A stretch of 64,000 nt of DNA from Aigarchaeota archaeon (GTDB lineage Archaea > Thermoproteota > Nitrososphaeria_A > Caldarchaeales > Calditenuaceae): NCBI GenBank assembly GCA_025059745.1, contig JANXDH010000004.1, positions 47,783-111,782 of the forward strand, in the 5' to 3' direction. Under the pieces are notes generated by a model. The model was not told the DNA's origin. It worked only from the letters and a program-made list of their open reading frames with translations, and searched no databases. Positions 17,800 through 26,446 of this stretch are shown in pieces. Each line of letters starts with the position of its first letter. The stretch's first letter is position 1. The translations under genes were made by a program, and so were the position numbers.

Positions 17800-18280
17800 A
17801 AAACCACCCGGTATCCCACATCACTAACGGTTTAGCGTTCGGCCTCCTCAGACCCACCTCGACGACTTCTGCGACGAATACGGTGTGGTCTCCGTCCTTG
17901 ACGGCAGATCTCACCTTACACTCCACCCATGCTGGCAGCTCCGTCAACACAGGAGCTCCAGTTATTGGCCCAGGCTCAAAAGGAAGTCCGTTTATCCTGT
18001 TTCCCTCCACAGTTGTCTCCTTGAAGAAAGACTGTGCGACGTCTTTCTGATCAGAGCCCAAGATGTTGAGAACGAACGTGTTAGATCTCTCAATCAACTC
18101 GTGGGTTCTGCTACCTCTCTTTATAGCCAACATTAAGAGAGGAGGAGTGAACGAAGCCTGAGAGACCCAGTTGACCGTAGAGGCCGAGATCTCGTCTCCA
18201 TGTCTGGTCGTCAAGACGTAGAGTCCGTAAGTCAGTAGCCTCAACACTCTCCTCTTCACTTCTTGGTCCATACCGATCAC
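17789..18280 (-). CDS. flavin reductase-like FMN-binding domain protein
   Basis: 163 aa. YGLYVLTT...STVNWVSQASFTPPLLMLAI...NIL is typical of the Flavin_Reduct domain. Confidence 0.7.
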   Translation of the reverse strand: MIGMDQEVKRRVLRLLTYGLYVLTTRHGDEISASTVNWVSQASFTPPLLMLAIKRGSRTHELIERSNTFVLNILGSDQKDVAQSFFKETTVEGNRINGLPFEPGPITGAPVLTELPAWVECKVRSAVKDGDHTVFVAEVVEVGLRRPNAKPLVMWDTGWFYGG

Positions 18281-18308
18281 CTACTCTCTACAATGACGGA
18301 TATAATCC

Positions 18309-19688
18309 TTACTGAAATAACAGCCATACTATGGCGACCAGAGAGGGGGGGAACGAACCTGCCAATCCAGGCTTCAACCACTGAAGGAAGGTGACGTGGC
18401 CTAGTCTTTGGCGCTCCACCATTCCTATCGCAACTATGTTTGCGGTGCTCCCGATCATCGTCAAGTTTCCCATATAGGTACCCGCGAAGAGCATCAGCCA
18501 CCATAGGATCCAGGCATGAGTCATGTTCAGGTGGAGTAATTCTTGGACCACAGGTATCCAGAAAGCTACTGCGAGCACGTTGTCCATAAAGGCGCTCATG
18601 AGCCCAACGAGCATGTAGAACCCAGGTATCCACACCAGACTAGGGAGAGAGAAGAAATCCATCAAAGCGTCCGCGATGGCCGAAGTAACTCCGGTGTACT
18701 TCAGAGTGCCCACTGACGCGAAGAAGAGTAGGAAGAACGTCAAGGTCCACCAGTCCACCCTCTTCTCCAGCAGCTCACGTGCCTTATCGCGCTCTAACAG
18801 CAGCGCGGCTCCAGCTCCTATCAGCGCGACCCCTATCAGCATGGTGTTCTTCTTCAACCCCAATAGCTCCTCGATAGGAGTGTGGAGCACGAGGCCCCCT
18901 ATGACGCCGACGAACAGTAGAAGTGCAGTTCTGTCGAGCTTGAAGTTAGAGACCGCGTTCTGATTGCCAGTGACTTGAATGGTTACTAGCTTCGCAGACT
19001 TCAACTTAGTGTCAAGCTCTTTAAAGAAGTCTCTATAGTACATCCTGCAGACCACGAAGGTCACTAGGGTAGCCATTATAGCGGGCGGCGTTGCCCACCT
19101 GAGGAAGTCGAGGAAACCGTAACCCGAGTTGAGCGCTATCAGCACTCCAATGGGGTTCCCTACCACGGTCGCGCTACTCCCTATATTGGTCGCGAAGACC
19201 GTGATCAACATAAGGGGAAACAGAGGTACCTGAAGCCTTGCCGAGATCGTTATAACAGAGGCCATCATGAAGAGTATCGAGGTTACCTCGTCGACGAGAG
19301 CTGCAGAAAGGGCCGACATGAACATGATTATTATGATGAGTTTCGTGGCGCTGTCTCCTCCGAGCCTAAGCGTCCTATCGACGACGACCTCGAAGAACTT
19401 CCGTTCTTCCAGAAACCCTATCACGGTCATCATACATAGGAGAAAGAGGATGACGTCGAGGCTCGCGAAGGTTATGAACGTCGGTATGTCTATCACTCCG
19501 GTAGCCATGAGGAGGGAGATGCCAATGAGCGCAAAAGCGATCCTGAACCTCCAGAAGAGGAGTGTGCCCCCTATTATCCCCGTGAAGATGACTATCGCTA
19601 TGATCTGTTGAAAGGTCATGTCCAGGGTTGCCGTTATCAATCCAGCAGCTATTGGTATCATCGGGTAGATGAGGGGCTTTGACCTCAT
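18309..19688 (-). CDS. ArsB/NhaD (CitMHS/SLC13-like) family anion permease
   Basis: 459 aa, highly hydrophobic with duplicated halves, and SSATVVGNPIG / GSTANIV hairpin-like motifs. Confidence 0.65.
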   Translation of the reverse strand: MRSKPLIYPMIPIAAGLITATLDMTFQQIIAIVIFTGIIGGTLLFWRFRIAFALIGISLLMATGVIDIPTFITFASLDVILFLLCMMTVIGFLEERKFFEVVVDRTLRLGGDSATKLIIIIMFMSALSAALVDEVTSILFMMASVITISARLQVPLFPLMLITVFATNIGSSATVVGNPIGVLIALNSGYGFLDFLRWATPPAIMATLVTFVVCRMYYRDFFKELDTKLKSAKLVTIQVTGNQNAVSNFKLDRTALLLFVGVIGGLVLHTPIEELLGLKKNTMLIGVALIGAGAALLLERDKARELLEKRVDWWTLTFFLLFFASVGTLKYTGVTSAIADALMDFFSLPSLVWIPGFYMLVGLMSAFMDNVLAVAFWIPVVQELLHLNMTHAWILWWLMLFAGTYMGNLTMIGSTANIVAIGMVERQRLGHVTFLQWLKPGLAGSFPPSLVAIVWLLFQ

Positions 19689-19759
19689 GGCAGTTACGAG
19701 TGGAATTGAATCTGCTCAGTTATAAATTGAACAGAGCGTTTACCGGCGGTTGTATTCCA

Positions 19760-20410
19760 TTAGAGAGCCAACCTGCTCCTCAGGTCGAGGTCTACCAGCT
19801 CCGTCGAGAAGACCTTCTTGAAGTCTTCGAGATATATCGCCTTGAACTCATCGACCGATATCTCGCGGTTCACCAGCTCGGTTATCGAGCACATGACACT
19901 CCCAGGCATACCGCAGGGTCTTATCGAGTAGAAGTAACTCATCTCGGGCGAGACGTTTATTGACATGCCGTGATAGGTGACCCACTCCTTCAACGCAAGT
20001 CCTATCGAAGCGACCTTCTTCTCCTTCACCCATACCCCGGGATAGCCAGCTTTTCTGGACGCGTTGATGCCGAGTCGATGAAGAGAGAGTATAACGCTCT
20101 CCTCCAGCTTGCTCACGAGTTCCGTGATACCGTATGGCTTCTCATCCAGTTTGAAGATAGGGTAGACCATCAACATTCCAGGACCGTGGTAGGTTACGTC
20201 CCCGCCCCTCTCAACCCGTACGATCGGTACGACGCTACGCAGCACGTTCTCTAGGCTACCTCTCTTTCCGACGGTGATAACGTGGTCGTGCTCAGCGAGT
20301 AACAACAGATCTGTTATAGAGTCTTCAATCCGCTGGCCAACGAGCTCTAACATTATCGAGTGTGCCCTCTGGTAATCAATCCTCCCCAAGTCAAGTAACA
20401 GGGTGAACAC
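19760..20410 (-). CDS. lipB: octanoyltransferase (lipoate-protein ligase B)
   Basis: 216 aa. It has RGGDVTYHGPGMLMVYPI, the lysine motif KVASIG, and the catalytic PCG. Confidence 0.8.
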   Translation of the reverse strand: MFTLLLDLGRIDYQRAHSIMLELVGQRIEDSITDLLLLAEHDHVITVGKRGSLENVLRSVVPIVRVERGGDVTYHGPGMLMVYPIFKLDEKPYGITELVSKLEESVILSLHRLGINASRKAGYPGVWVKEKKVASIGLALKEWVTYHGMSINVSPEMSYFYSIRPCGMPGSVMCSITELVNREISVDEFKAIYLEDFKKVFSTELVDLDLRSRLAL

Positions 20411-20494
20411 TGGTATGGACCTCTCTTGATATAATAAGAAGGTTGGTTTTGATGTATTAACCCTTAAATCTCCCTTCTGGCGGATTAAATTCAG

Positions 20495-20839
20495 GTGAAC
20501 GGTTTGTCATCTGACGACGCCGAGTTAGAGGCGATCAGACAGAGGAAACTCTCAGAGCTGCAGGCGAGGGCCTCTGAGGAGGAGGTTAGGAGGAGACAGG
20601 AGGCCGAGAGGAGCGCCGCGCTCAGGGTAATACTCACCCCAGAGGCCAGGCAGAGGTTGGCGAACTTGAAGATGGCGAGGCCCGAGCTCGCTGAGACGGT
20701 GGAGAACTACCTCCTACAACTCGCGCAGTCTGGGAAGATAACCACGCAGATAACCGACGATATCCTTAGGCAGCTCTTGGAGAAATTGACGGCGAAGAAG
20801 AGGGAGACGAGGATAATACGTATGAGTCGTGATATATAG
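20495..20839 (+). CDS. PDCD5/TFAR19-like dsDNA-binding protein
   Basis: 114 aa. The pattern LEAIRQRKLSELQ...ILTPEARQRLANLKM..PELAE.VE..LLQLAQSG is the archaeal PF01984 pattern. Confidence 0.7.
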   Translation: MNGLSSDDAELEAIRQRKLSELQARASEEEVRRRQEAERSAALRVILTPEARQRLANLKMARPELAETVENYLLQLAQSGKITTQITDDILRQLLEKLTAKKRETRIIRMSRDI

Positions 20840-20854
20840 GAGGGGGGATGTAAT

Positions 20855-21007
20855 TTGGCGAAGACACTCCCCGTGAAGAAGAGGTTGTCTTCTGCGTTGA
20901 AGCGGTCTAGCGCAGTACCAGCGTGGGTCATGGCCAGGACGAGGAGGCGGGTGACCAGGAGCAACAGGCAGAGGAACTGGCGCAGGTCCAGTAGCATAAA
21001 ACCCTAA
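20855..21007 (+). CDS. rpl39e: 50S ribosomal protein L39e
   Basis: Too short for the ORF track, so translated by hand. From TTG 20855 it reads MAKTLPVKKRLSSALKRSSAVPAWVMARTRRRVTRSNRQRNWRRSSSIKP* (50 aa), matching the L39e consensus (K.RLa.a.k....vP.Wv...T.r.v....r.NWRR). A GGAGGGGGG stretch lies just upstream. Confidence 0.85.
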   Translation: MAKTLPVKKRLSSALKRSSAVPAWVMARTRRRVTRSNRQRNWRRSSSIKP

Positions 21008-21017
21008 AGGTGATACC

Positions 21018-21299
21018 TTGCCGAAGGATTCAGGAGACGTAATCGAATTGACGATCAACCTGAGGGGCGCTTACGCGACGAAGAGATTGAGGCGTGGTAA
21101 GCGTGCGGTTAACATCTTAAGAGAGAGAGTCAAGAGGTTGACGGGTGCGGAGGTCGTCAAGGTCTCCGAGGAGCTTAACAAGTACCTCTGGACGAGGGGG
21201 GTGGAGAGCCCACCGAAGAGAGTAGCGATAGTCGTAGAGAGGGGCGAGGAGGACGAGGTAACCGTCAGGCTGAAGGGTGAGGAAGGGAGTAGTGAGTGA
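21018..21299 (+). CDS. rpl31e: 50S ribosomal protein L31e
   Basis: 93 aa. It contains ...[28 protein letters not shown]...[18 protein letters not shown]. Confidence 0.85.
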   Translation: MPKDSGDVIELTINLRGAYATKRLRRGKRAVNILRERVKRLTGAEVVKVSEELNKYLWTRGVESPPKRVAIVVERGEEDEVTVRLKGEEGSSE

Positions 21300-21978
21300 T
21301 GCCTCGGCGGTCACCGTAGAGTCTATCGATATATTTGGTACTCCCTACGTCGGACTCTTCCTCTCGGCTAACGAGAGGTACTGTCTGGCTCCTAGGGGCG
21401 TAACGAAGAAGAAGCTATCGGTCATTCAGAGCTCGTTGCGCGTGGACGTTGTAGAGAGTACTATTGCTAACAGCAACCTCATAGGGGTTATGATGTCCAT
21501 GAACTCTAACGGGATTCTGGTCCCGTACACGGCCCTCGAGGAGGAGGTCCTGTCGATCAAGGGGGGCATGAGGGAGATGAACGTCAGCGTACTGAGGAGC
21601 AAGTTCACCGCTTTGGGTAATTTGATCGTAACGAACGACTTCGGTGCGATAGTCAGTAACGAGTTCACAAGAAGAGAGGTCGCCGCCATCGAGGACGTGC
21701 TGGGGGTAGAGGCCGTTCAGTCCAGCATATGCGGGAGGCCTTACGTTGGCTCGATATGTCTCGCCACGAATAGAGGCGCGGTGATATGGGTTGACGCTAC
21801 CGACACTGACCTAAAACTCGTCAAAGACGTACTTCGCGTAGAGGCCGTACGGACAACAGTCAATAGGGGTAACAAGTTCGTCAGGAGCGGTATCGTTGCC
21901 AACTCCAAGGGAGTCGTGGTCGGCGCTACTACGATTGGCCCAGAGCTGTTGAACATAAGTAGAGCACTGATGCGGTAG
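21277..21978 (+). CDS. eif6: translation initiation factor 6 (aIF6)
   Basis: It contains [23 protein letters not shown]...[17 protein letters not shown] and pentein-like repeats. The start is ambiguous between GTG 21277 and GTG 21292. Confidence 0.85.
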   Translation: MRKGVVSDASAVTVESIDIFGTPYVGLFLSANERYCLAPRGVTKKKLSVIQSSLRVDVVESTIANSNLIGVMMSMNSNGILVPYTALEEEVLSIKGGMREMNVSVLRSKFTALGNLIVTNDFGAIVSNEFTRREVAAIEDVLGVEAVQSSICGRPYVGSICLATNRGAVIWVDATDTDLKLVKDVLRVEAVRTTVNRGNKFVRSGIVANSKGVVVGATTIGPELLNISRALMR

Positions 21979-22038
21979 AATCTGATAAGTTGGCAAAAAC
22001 TTATATGATGTACAGGCTACAGATAAACAGAATCAAGG

Positions 22039-24312
22039 ATGTATGTCGGTAAACCTGTAAAGAGGGTCGAGGATTTACGACTGATAACCGGCTCAGCAAA
22101 GTACCTCGATGATATGGTTCTTCCACGTATGTTATATGCGTACTTCGTCAGGAGCGTCTACGCGCATGCTAAAATCACCGAGATCGACGTGAGTAAGGCC
22201 ATGCTCCCGGGGATAGTAGCGATCTTTACCGGTCGCGATCTGAAGGATCATTGTGGACCTCTAGCCGTTGAGTCCGTCTACAAGGGGTCCAAGGTCCCCG
22301 TGCATTACCCGTTAGCGGTCGACGAGGTGAAATACGTCGGTGAACCTGTGGCAGTGATAGTTGGGGAGGATAGGTACGTGGTGAGGGACGCGGCGGACGA
22401 GGTCAGTGTCTCGTACCAGCAATTGCCGTCCGTAACCGACCCGATGGAGGCCCTGAGTTCAAACTCACCTCTGGTCCACTCAGAGTTCTCCGATAACGTA
22501 TGTTTCAGGAGGTCCATCAAGAGGGGTGAGGTAGAGGCGTTGTTTAACAACTCATCCAAGAGGGTCGGCATAAAAGTAAAGATACAGAGGTTGGCGCCCT
22601 CTGCAATGGAACCTCGCGGCGTATTAGCTGAGTACGATAGGGGTAGCGAGAGGCTTACGGTCTGGGCGTCAACGCAGTTCCCCCACAAGCTCAGGACCTG
22701 GATATCCACGTCACTCAAGTGCCCGGAGAGCTCAGTAAGGGTCATAACTCCGGAGGTCGGTGGTGGTTTCGGTTCGAAGCTCAGCCACTACCCTGAGGAC
22801 GTGGTCATACCGTACTTAGCGATGAGGATTGGACGTCCTGTCAAATGGTTCGAGGAGAGGGGAGAGAACCTCAGGTCTACCACGCACGGCCGCGATATGA
22901 TTGCTGAAGTAGAGGCCGCGGTCGACGAGAACCTCCGTGTGACTGCACTTAGAGGGAGGATAATTGCAGATCTTGGGGCCTACAACCACACACACACTCA
23001 GGATAACCCCATACTCGCGGCCAACATGTTAACCGGTACCTACGCGATCGGTGCAGTAGACCTCGAGGTGATCGGGGTCTTTACGAATAAGATGGCGACT
23101 GATGCATATAGGGGCGCTGGACGTCCTGAGGGTTCATACATAATCGAGCGGCTGATGGATAGGATAGCACGAACACTGAACGTGGACCCGGCTGAGTTAA
23201 GGATGCGCAACTTCATACCGCCTCAGAGCTTCCCCTACAGGACCCCCCTTGGTTTCGTCTACGATAGCGGTAACTACGAGGGCGCGTTGAGGAGGGCGCT
23301 GGAGCTGGTGAACTATGAGGACGTGAAAAGGTTGAAGTCCACCGTGCGTGATAGGTACATCGGTGTAGGGATATCGACGTTCGTTGAGGTCTGCAACTTC
23401 GGCTATCAGAGCTCATACGTCAAAGTCGAGCCTTCTGGATTGATCTCGGTCTATACGAGTACCTCTCCTCATGGACAGGGAGAGGAGACTGCGTTCTCCC
23501 AAATCGTTGCGGATAGACTGGGGGTGAGCATGGAGAAGATAAGGGTGATCCACGGAGATACGGATACCATACCATACGGGTCTGGTACCGCGGGCAGTTG
23601 GACCTTGACGTCGGGGGGCATGGCAATAATTAACGCGGTAGAACGGATACGAGAGAAGATGCTTCGTATCGCGGCCTCGAGGTTGGAGGCGAGGGTCGAG
23701 GACCTAGAGATGAACGATGGGAGGATCTATGTTAAAGGGACACATGACAAGTACGTCACATTCGAGGAGGTAGCGTCAATTGCATATGACCAGAGAAAGT
23801 TGCCAGGAGGTCTCGAGATGGGGTTGACTGCTACAGGGTTCTACAGGCCCGAGTTGACCTTCCCGTTCGGCGCATACATAGCGGTGGTGAGCGTCGACCC
23901 AGAGACCTACCAGGTGACCCTAGAGAGAGTGGTGATGGTAAGCGACTGCGGGAAGGTGGTAAATCCGATGCTCGTAGACGGTCAGATAGCTGGTGGCGCC
24001 GTGCAGGCGCTCGGTCAAGCGCTCTATGAGGATTTCGTGTACGATAAAGACGGTAACCCGTTGTCGGTCAGCTTCGCTGACTACCTCCTACCGAGCGCCA
24101 CCGAGGTCCCGGAGTTCATCTTGGACAGGACTGAGACCCCCGCGAACAATCCACTGGGGACGAAGGGTGTAGGGGAGCTGTCCACGATAGGACTGGCACA
24201 AGCGATAGTCAACGCGGTGGAGGACGCGTTATGGAAAATGGGCGCTGAGATCGTTGAGACTCCCGTTACACCTCAGCGGCTGTACGGGGTGTTGAGGAGA
24301 CGGGGGGCTTAG
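22039..24312 (+). CDS. molybdopterin-dependent oxidoreductase large subunit (xanthine dehydrogenase/CoxL family, form II-like)
   Basis: 757 aa. The N-terminus is GKPVKRVEDLRLITGSAKYLDD. The active-site loop TDAYRGAGRPEG is the AYRGAGR type, not the VAYRCSFR type of bona fide CO dehydrogenases. No adjacent CoxM/CoxS genes are present. Confidence 0.8.
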   Translation: MYVGKPVKRVEDLRLITGSAKYLDDMVLPRMLYAYFVRSVYAHAKITEIDVSKAMLPGIVAIFTGRDLKDHCGPLAVESVYKGSKVPVHYPLAVDEVKYVGEPVAVIVGEDRYVVRDAADEVSVSYQQLPSVTDPMEALSSNSPLVHSEFSDNVCFRRSIKRGEVEALFNNSSKRVGIKVKIQRLAPSAMEPRGVLAEYDRGSERLTVWASTQFPHKLRTWISTSLKCPESSVRVITPEVGGGFGSKLSHYPEDVVIPYLAMRIGRPVKWFEERGENLRSTTHGRDMIAEVEAAVDENLRVTALRGRIIADLGAYNHTHTQDNPILAANMLTGTYAIGAVDLEVIGVFTNKMATDAYRGAGRPEGSYIIERLMDRIARTLNVDPAELRMRNFIPPQSFPYRTPLGFVYDSGNYEGALRRALELVNYEDVKRLKSTVRDRYIGVGISTFVEVCNFGYQSSYVKVEPSGLISVYTSTSPHGQGEETAFSQIVADRLGVSMEKIRVIHGDTDTIPYGSGTAGSWTLTSGGMAIINAVERIREKMLRIAASRLEARVEDLEMNDGRIYVKGTHDKYVTFEEVASIAYDQRKLPGGLEMGLTATGFYRPELTFPFGAYIAVVSVDPETYQVTLERVVMVSDCGKVVNPMLVDGQIAGGAVQALGQALYEDFVYDKDGNPLSVSFADYLLPSATEVPEFILDRTETPANNPLGTKGVGELSTIGLAQAIVNAVEDALWKMGAEIVETPVTPQRLYGVLRRRGA

Positions 24313-24369
24313 AATTAGGCCTACGTTAGGGTTTAAGTACTCCACATACGTAGGAGGTTACCGGAAAGC

Positions 24370-24828
24370 ATGAGTGTTAAGGTCACTGCGGAGGACGTTC
24401 AGAGGGCCATATTAGAGCTCAACGCGCTAGAACAGCTCATACAGGAATTTCAGGCGCGGTTAATGGCGATGGACGCTAGCATAATTGAGCACGAGAAATC
24501 GTTGGCCTTCATCGACGAGCTCATCAAATCCAACGAGGCCTTAACCGTATTGATGCCGATAGGTGCGGGAGGTCTCATAGAGGTCACCATAGCATCACGT
24601 GACAAGGTCAGGATAAACATAGGTCAGGGGATCTACCTCGACGCCCCGCTCGAGAGGGGAAAGGAGATCGTGAACAAGAGGAGGGAGTTACTGGAGAGAG
24701 GACGAATGGAGTTGCAGAAGAACCTGCAGGCGTACCTTCAGAGGGCTGAGTTGCTCAGGAGGTTCCTCAGCAGGGTAGAACAGAGCATCCAGAGGCAGCA
24801 GTCCGCGCCCAAACGCACCTCCCAATAG
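24370..24828 (+). CDS. pfdA: prefoldin alpha subunit
   Basis: 152 aa with a coiled coil, beta-hairpins (VLMPIGAGGLIEVTI...KVRINIGQGIYLD), then a second coiled coil. Confidence 0.8.
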   Translation: MSVKVTAEDVQRAILELNALEQLIQEFQARLMAMDASIIEHEKSLAFIDELIKSNEALTVLMPIGAGGLIEVTIASRDKVRINIGQGIYLDAPLERGKEIVNKRRELLERGRMELQKNLQAYLQRAELLRRFLSRVEQSIQRQQSAPKRTSQ

Positions 24829-24835
24829 ATTCTCC

Positions 24836-25744
24836 ATGTTAGATGGTCTCAGGAGGGCCTTCAGGAACCTCTCCGAGAGGCTCACGACCAGACAGCTCAG
24901 TGACGAGGAGATAGATGAGGTCATCGAGGAGTTCAAGTGGCAACTGGTATCTAACGACGTCGCTCTGCTGGCCGCAGAGGGCCTTGCGTCCGAGATAAAG
25001 GAAAAACTATCTATGGTAAAGGTACCGCTATTCGGAAACAGGGGTGAGGTGCTAAAGCCGATCTTCAGAGAAGCGTTGAGCTCGGTACTGCTGGAGACCG
25101 ACGAGGAGCAGTTCATCTCAAAGGTGAGGGCCGCTGGGCATGATACGGAGCCTTTCAAGTTGTTGTTTGTAGGTCCTAATGGTGGAGGAAAGACCACCAC
25201 AGTCGTGAAGGTGGCAAAACGGCTTAAGAGGGAGGGCATACCATCGTTGATAGCGTGTAGTGACACCTTCAGGGCCGCCGCGATAGAGCAGCTGAAGCGT
25301 CTGGCCGAGACCATCGGCGTGCGCACTGTTAGTCAGAAGTACGGGAGCGACCCTGCTGCGGTAGCAATAGACGCGGTCAACAGCGCGCGGTCTAACAGGA
25401 TACCATTGGTCTTGATAGACACCGCGGGGAGGACCGAGGTCGACACGAACCTATTGGAGGAGATGAGGAAGATAAAGCGCGTCGTCTCGCCGGACACCGT
25501 GATATTCGTCGGTGACGTGCTCACAGGCAACGCGATGGTGGAGCAGGCCACCAAGTTCAACGAATACGTCGGCGTGGACTATGCCATATTGACGAAGCTT
25601 GACGCAGACGTCAGGGGTGGAGCCACGGTCTCACTCTGTTTCGCGGTGAAGAGGCCGATACTCTTCTTGGGAGTCGGACAGGGGCTCGACGATATCGTAT
25701 CGTTCAAGAAGTCAGAGTTCATACATCGGCTGCTCTCGGATTAG
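24836..25744 (+). CDS. ftsY: signal recognition particle receptor FtsY
   Basis: 302 aa. SRP-GTPase motifs are GPNGGGKTTTVVKVA, DTFRAAAIEQL, DTAGR, TKLD and GVGQG. Confidence 0.9.
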   Translation: MLDGLRRAFRNLSERLTTRQLSDEEIDEVIEEFKWQLVSNDVALLAAEGLASEIKEKLSMVKVPLFGNRGEVLKPIFREALSSVLLETDEEQFISKVRAAGHDTEPFKLLFVGPNGGGKTTTVVKVAKRLKREGIPSLIACSDTFRAAAIEQLKRLAETIGVRTVSQKYGSDPAAVAIDAVNSARSNRIPLVLIDTAGRTEVDTNLLEEMRKIKRVVSPDTVIFVGDVLTGNAMVEQATKFNEYVGVDYAILTKLDADVRGGATVSLCFAVKRPILFLGVGQGLDDIVSFKKSEFIHRLLSD

Positions 25745-25784
25745 GAGCAGATTTTAAAGGCGGGAGCTACCGGTAATCTTGATT

Positions 25785-25881
25785 GCCGGGGTGGCAGAGC
25801 GGACCAATGCGCAGGCCTGGAGTCTCCCAGTCAGCCTGTAGCCCCACGTGGGCTGCGAGGGTTCGAATCCCTCCCCCGGCG
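25785..25881 (+). tRNA. tRNA-Ser (anticodon GGA) with a short intron at the canonical 37/38 position
   Basis: Hand-folded. The acceptor pairs GCCGGGG with CCCCGGC, with discriminator G. The anticodon stem pairs CAGGC with GCCTG, and the loop is CU-GGA-G[intron ~25823-25832 TCTCCCAGTC]A. The intron can pair with the anticodon region (CTGGAG/CTCC-CAG). A long variable arm and the T-arm GAGGG-TTCGAAT-CCCTC are present. No CCA is encoded. TATA-like ATTTTAAAGG lies at 25751-25760. Confidence 0.85.
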
Positions 25882-26143
25882 TGTACAGTCGCTGCATAGG
25901 GTTCGGGATAGGCTCAAGACACACCACCATCTTCTAAACGTCAGGCCCTTAGTAAGTACGCATGAGGATGGTAGTCGCTCGCCATGAGGAGTCTCTCCCT
26001 TTAAAGTGGTCTCCTCGAACCTCTGAGATTCATTTATAAAGGTCGCCCAATGCGCCCGGTTCTCCCATCTAGTCCGGTTTTTTGCAAAGTTAATTAATTT
26101 CTCGATGTAAAGTATACCAGTAATTTGTGGGTGAAGAGAGAAA

Positions 26144-26446
26144 TTGGCCAAGCGTAAACCTTCTAAGAGATCGGAGGAGGTGAGGGAAAAGGAGGCCGAG
26201 GTGCGGGCGTCTATCCTGAGCCACTACATGGTACCTAAGCACGAGGTACTCTCACCAGAGGAGGCTCAGGAACTGCTGAGGAGGTACAAGGTGGTCCCAC
26301 AGCAATTACCGTACATACTGCTCTCTGACCCGGTAGTAAGGGAGCTGGGTGCCAAGGTCGGCGACATCATAAGGATAACGAGGGATTCTCCGACGGCGGG
26401 GAAGTCAGTTTACTATAGGGTGGTGGTGAAGGGTGCAGAGGGATAA
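26144..26446 (+). CDS. rpoH: DNA-directed RNA polymerase subunit H (Rpb5 homologue)
   Basis: It contains HYMVPKHEVLSPEEAQELLRRYKV..QQLPYILLSDPVVRELGAKVGDIIRITRDSPTAG. The start is uncertain: TTG 26144 or a downstream GTG. Confidence 0.85.
   Translation: MAKRKPSKRSEEVREKEAEVRASILSHYMVPKHEVLSPEEAQELLRRYKVVPQQLPYILLSDPVVRELGAKVGDIIRITRDSPTAGKSVYYRVVVKGAEG

Noticed and set aside
18277-18633. 118-aa minus-strand ORF overlapping the 3' end of the permease gene
   Set aside because: It is out of frame with and nested in the 459-aa ArsB/NhaD-like permease. It is Arg/His/Pro-rich and likely spurious.
24688-25326. 212-aa minus-strand ORF spanning the pfdA end and ftsY start
   Set aside because: It lies antisense to two well-supported genes. 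It is Ser-rich and low-complexity, with no motif.
25960-26030. Possible C/D-box sRNA (two CATGAGGA motifs and a downstream CUGA)
   Set aside because: The putative C boxes read AUGAGGA rather than RUGAUGA. The spacing to the only CUGA does not fit the C-D'-C'-D layout, so I cannot support an sRNA call by eye.
25831-26151. 106-aa minus-strand ORF upstream of rpoH
   Set aside because: Its 3' part overlaps the tRNA-Ser gene. The composition is Arg/Trp/Cys-rich and not protein-like, so the region is better explained as non-coding spacer.
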